This document shows positions 63,422 to 64,000 of a stretch of DNA of 64,000 nt, piece by piece. How positions within the stretch are numbered: position 1 is the first letter of the stretch; the number at the start of each line of letters is the position of its first letter. The position numbers were made by a program, and so were the translations under genes. The notes below the pieces were generated by a model that worked only from the letters and a program-made list of their open reading frames with translations, searched no databases and was not told the origin of the DNA. The stretch comes from Podarcis filfolensis (taxonomy: Eukaryota), in NCBI GenBank assembly GCA_964270895.1, contig OZ185435.1; one strand, 5' to 3'.

Positions 63422-64000
63422 AACAAGATGAATTTTAACAGGGAGAAATGTAAAGTATTGCACTTGGGCAAAAAAAATGAGAGGCACAAATACAAGATGG
63501 GTGACACCTGGCTTGAGAGCAGTACATGTGAAAAGGATCTAGGAGTCTTGGTTGACCACAAACTTGACATGAGCCAACAGTGTGACGCGGCAGCTAAAAA
63601 AGCCAATGCAATTCTGGGCTGCATCAATAGGAGTATAGCATCTAGATCAAGGGAAGTAATAGTGCCACTGTATTCTGCTCTGGTCAGACCTCACCTGGAG
63701 TACTGTGTCCAGTTCTGGGCACCACAGTTCAAGAAGGACACTGACAAACTGGAACGTGTCCAGAGGAGGGCAACCAAAATGGTTAAAGGCCTGGAAACGA
63801 TGCCTTATGAGGAACGGCTAAGGGAGCTGGGCATGTTTAGCCTGGAGAAGAGGAGGTTAAGGGGTGATATGATAGCCATGTTCAAATATATAAAAGGATG
63901 TCACATAGAGGAGGGAGAAAGGTTGTTTTCTGCTGCTCCAGAGAAGCAGACACGGAGCAATGGATCCAAACTACAAGAAAGAAGATTCCACCTAAACATT
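63422..64000 (+). mobile_element. CR1 LINE ORF2 C-terminal fragment, 5'-truncated, open to the window end
   Basis: Uninterrupted frame [16 protein letters not shown]...EKDLGVLVD...[19 protein letters not shown]...[11 protein letters not shown]...RRLRGDMI...[10 protein letters not shown], typical of the CR1 RT C-terminus. Confidence 0.95.

Noticed and set aside
1-64000. CRISPR arrays, operons or other prokaryotic systems; a nested second protein-coding gene
   Set aside because: The sequence is eukaryotic intronic DNA with no repeat-spacer array. I recognised no second set of exons on either strand.

Overview
Vertebrate genomic DNA from a squamate reptile, probably a lacertid lizard (judged from Sauria SINEs and other squamate repeats). 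The whole window lies inside one minus-strand gene, PDE11A (dual cAMP/cGMP phosphodiesterase 11A). I located nine consecutive coding exons (858 nt, 286 aa, roughly human exons 11-19) that splice in frame and encode most of the catalytic domain (YHNWRH, HDLDHRGTNN, EHHH, ATDL, TACDL, LQLEWIDSIC). I did not find the upstream exons or the terminal exon, so the gene probably extends past both window edges. One intron uses a GC donor. The introns hold many transposons: Sauria and other tRNA SINEs, CR1 and L2 fragments, a solo LTR, about 13 Tc1/mariner-type MITEs, three hAT MITEs with perfect 8-bp TSDs and a 2-kb non-autonomous L1-like element with a 17-bp TSD. The most striking observation is a Penelope-like inverted-repeat insertion (51981-52656). 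Its spacer holds an apparently complete type I hammerhead ribozyme in the sense orientation of the PDE11A pre-mRNA, about 0.8 kb upstream of an exon. A second, decayed Penelope hammerhead lies near 9.2 kb. Almost all ORFs in the supplied track are spurious. Repeat family names come from recalled consensus features, not database searches. No prokaryotic features such as CRISPR arrays are present.
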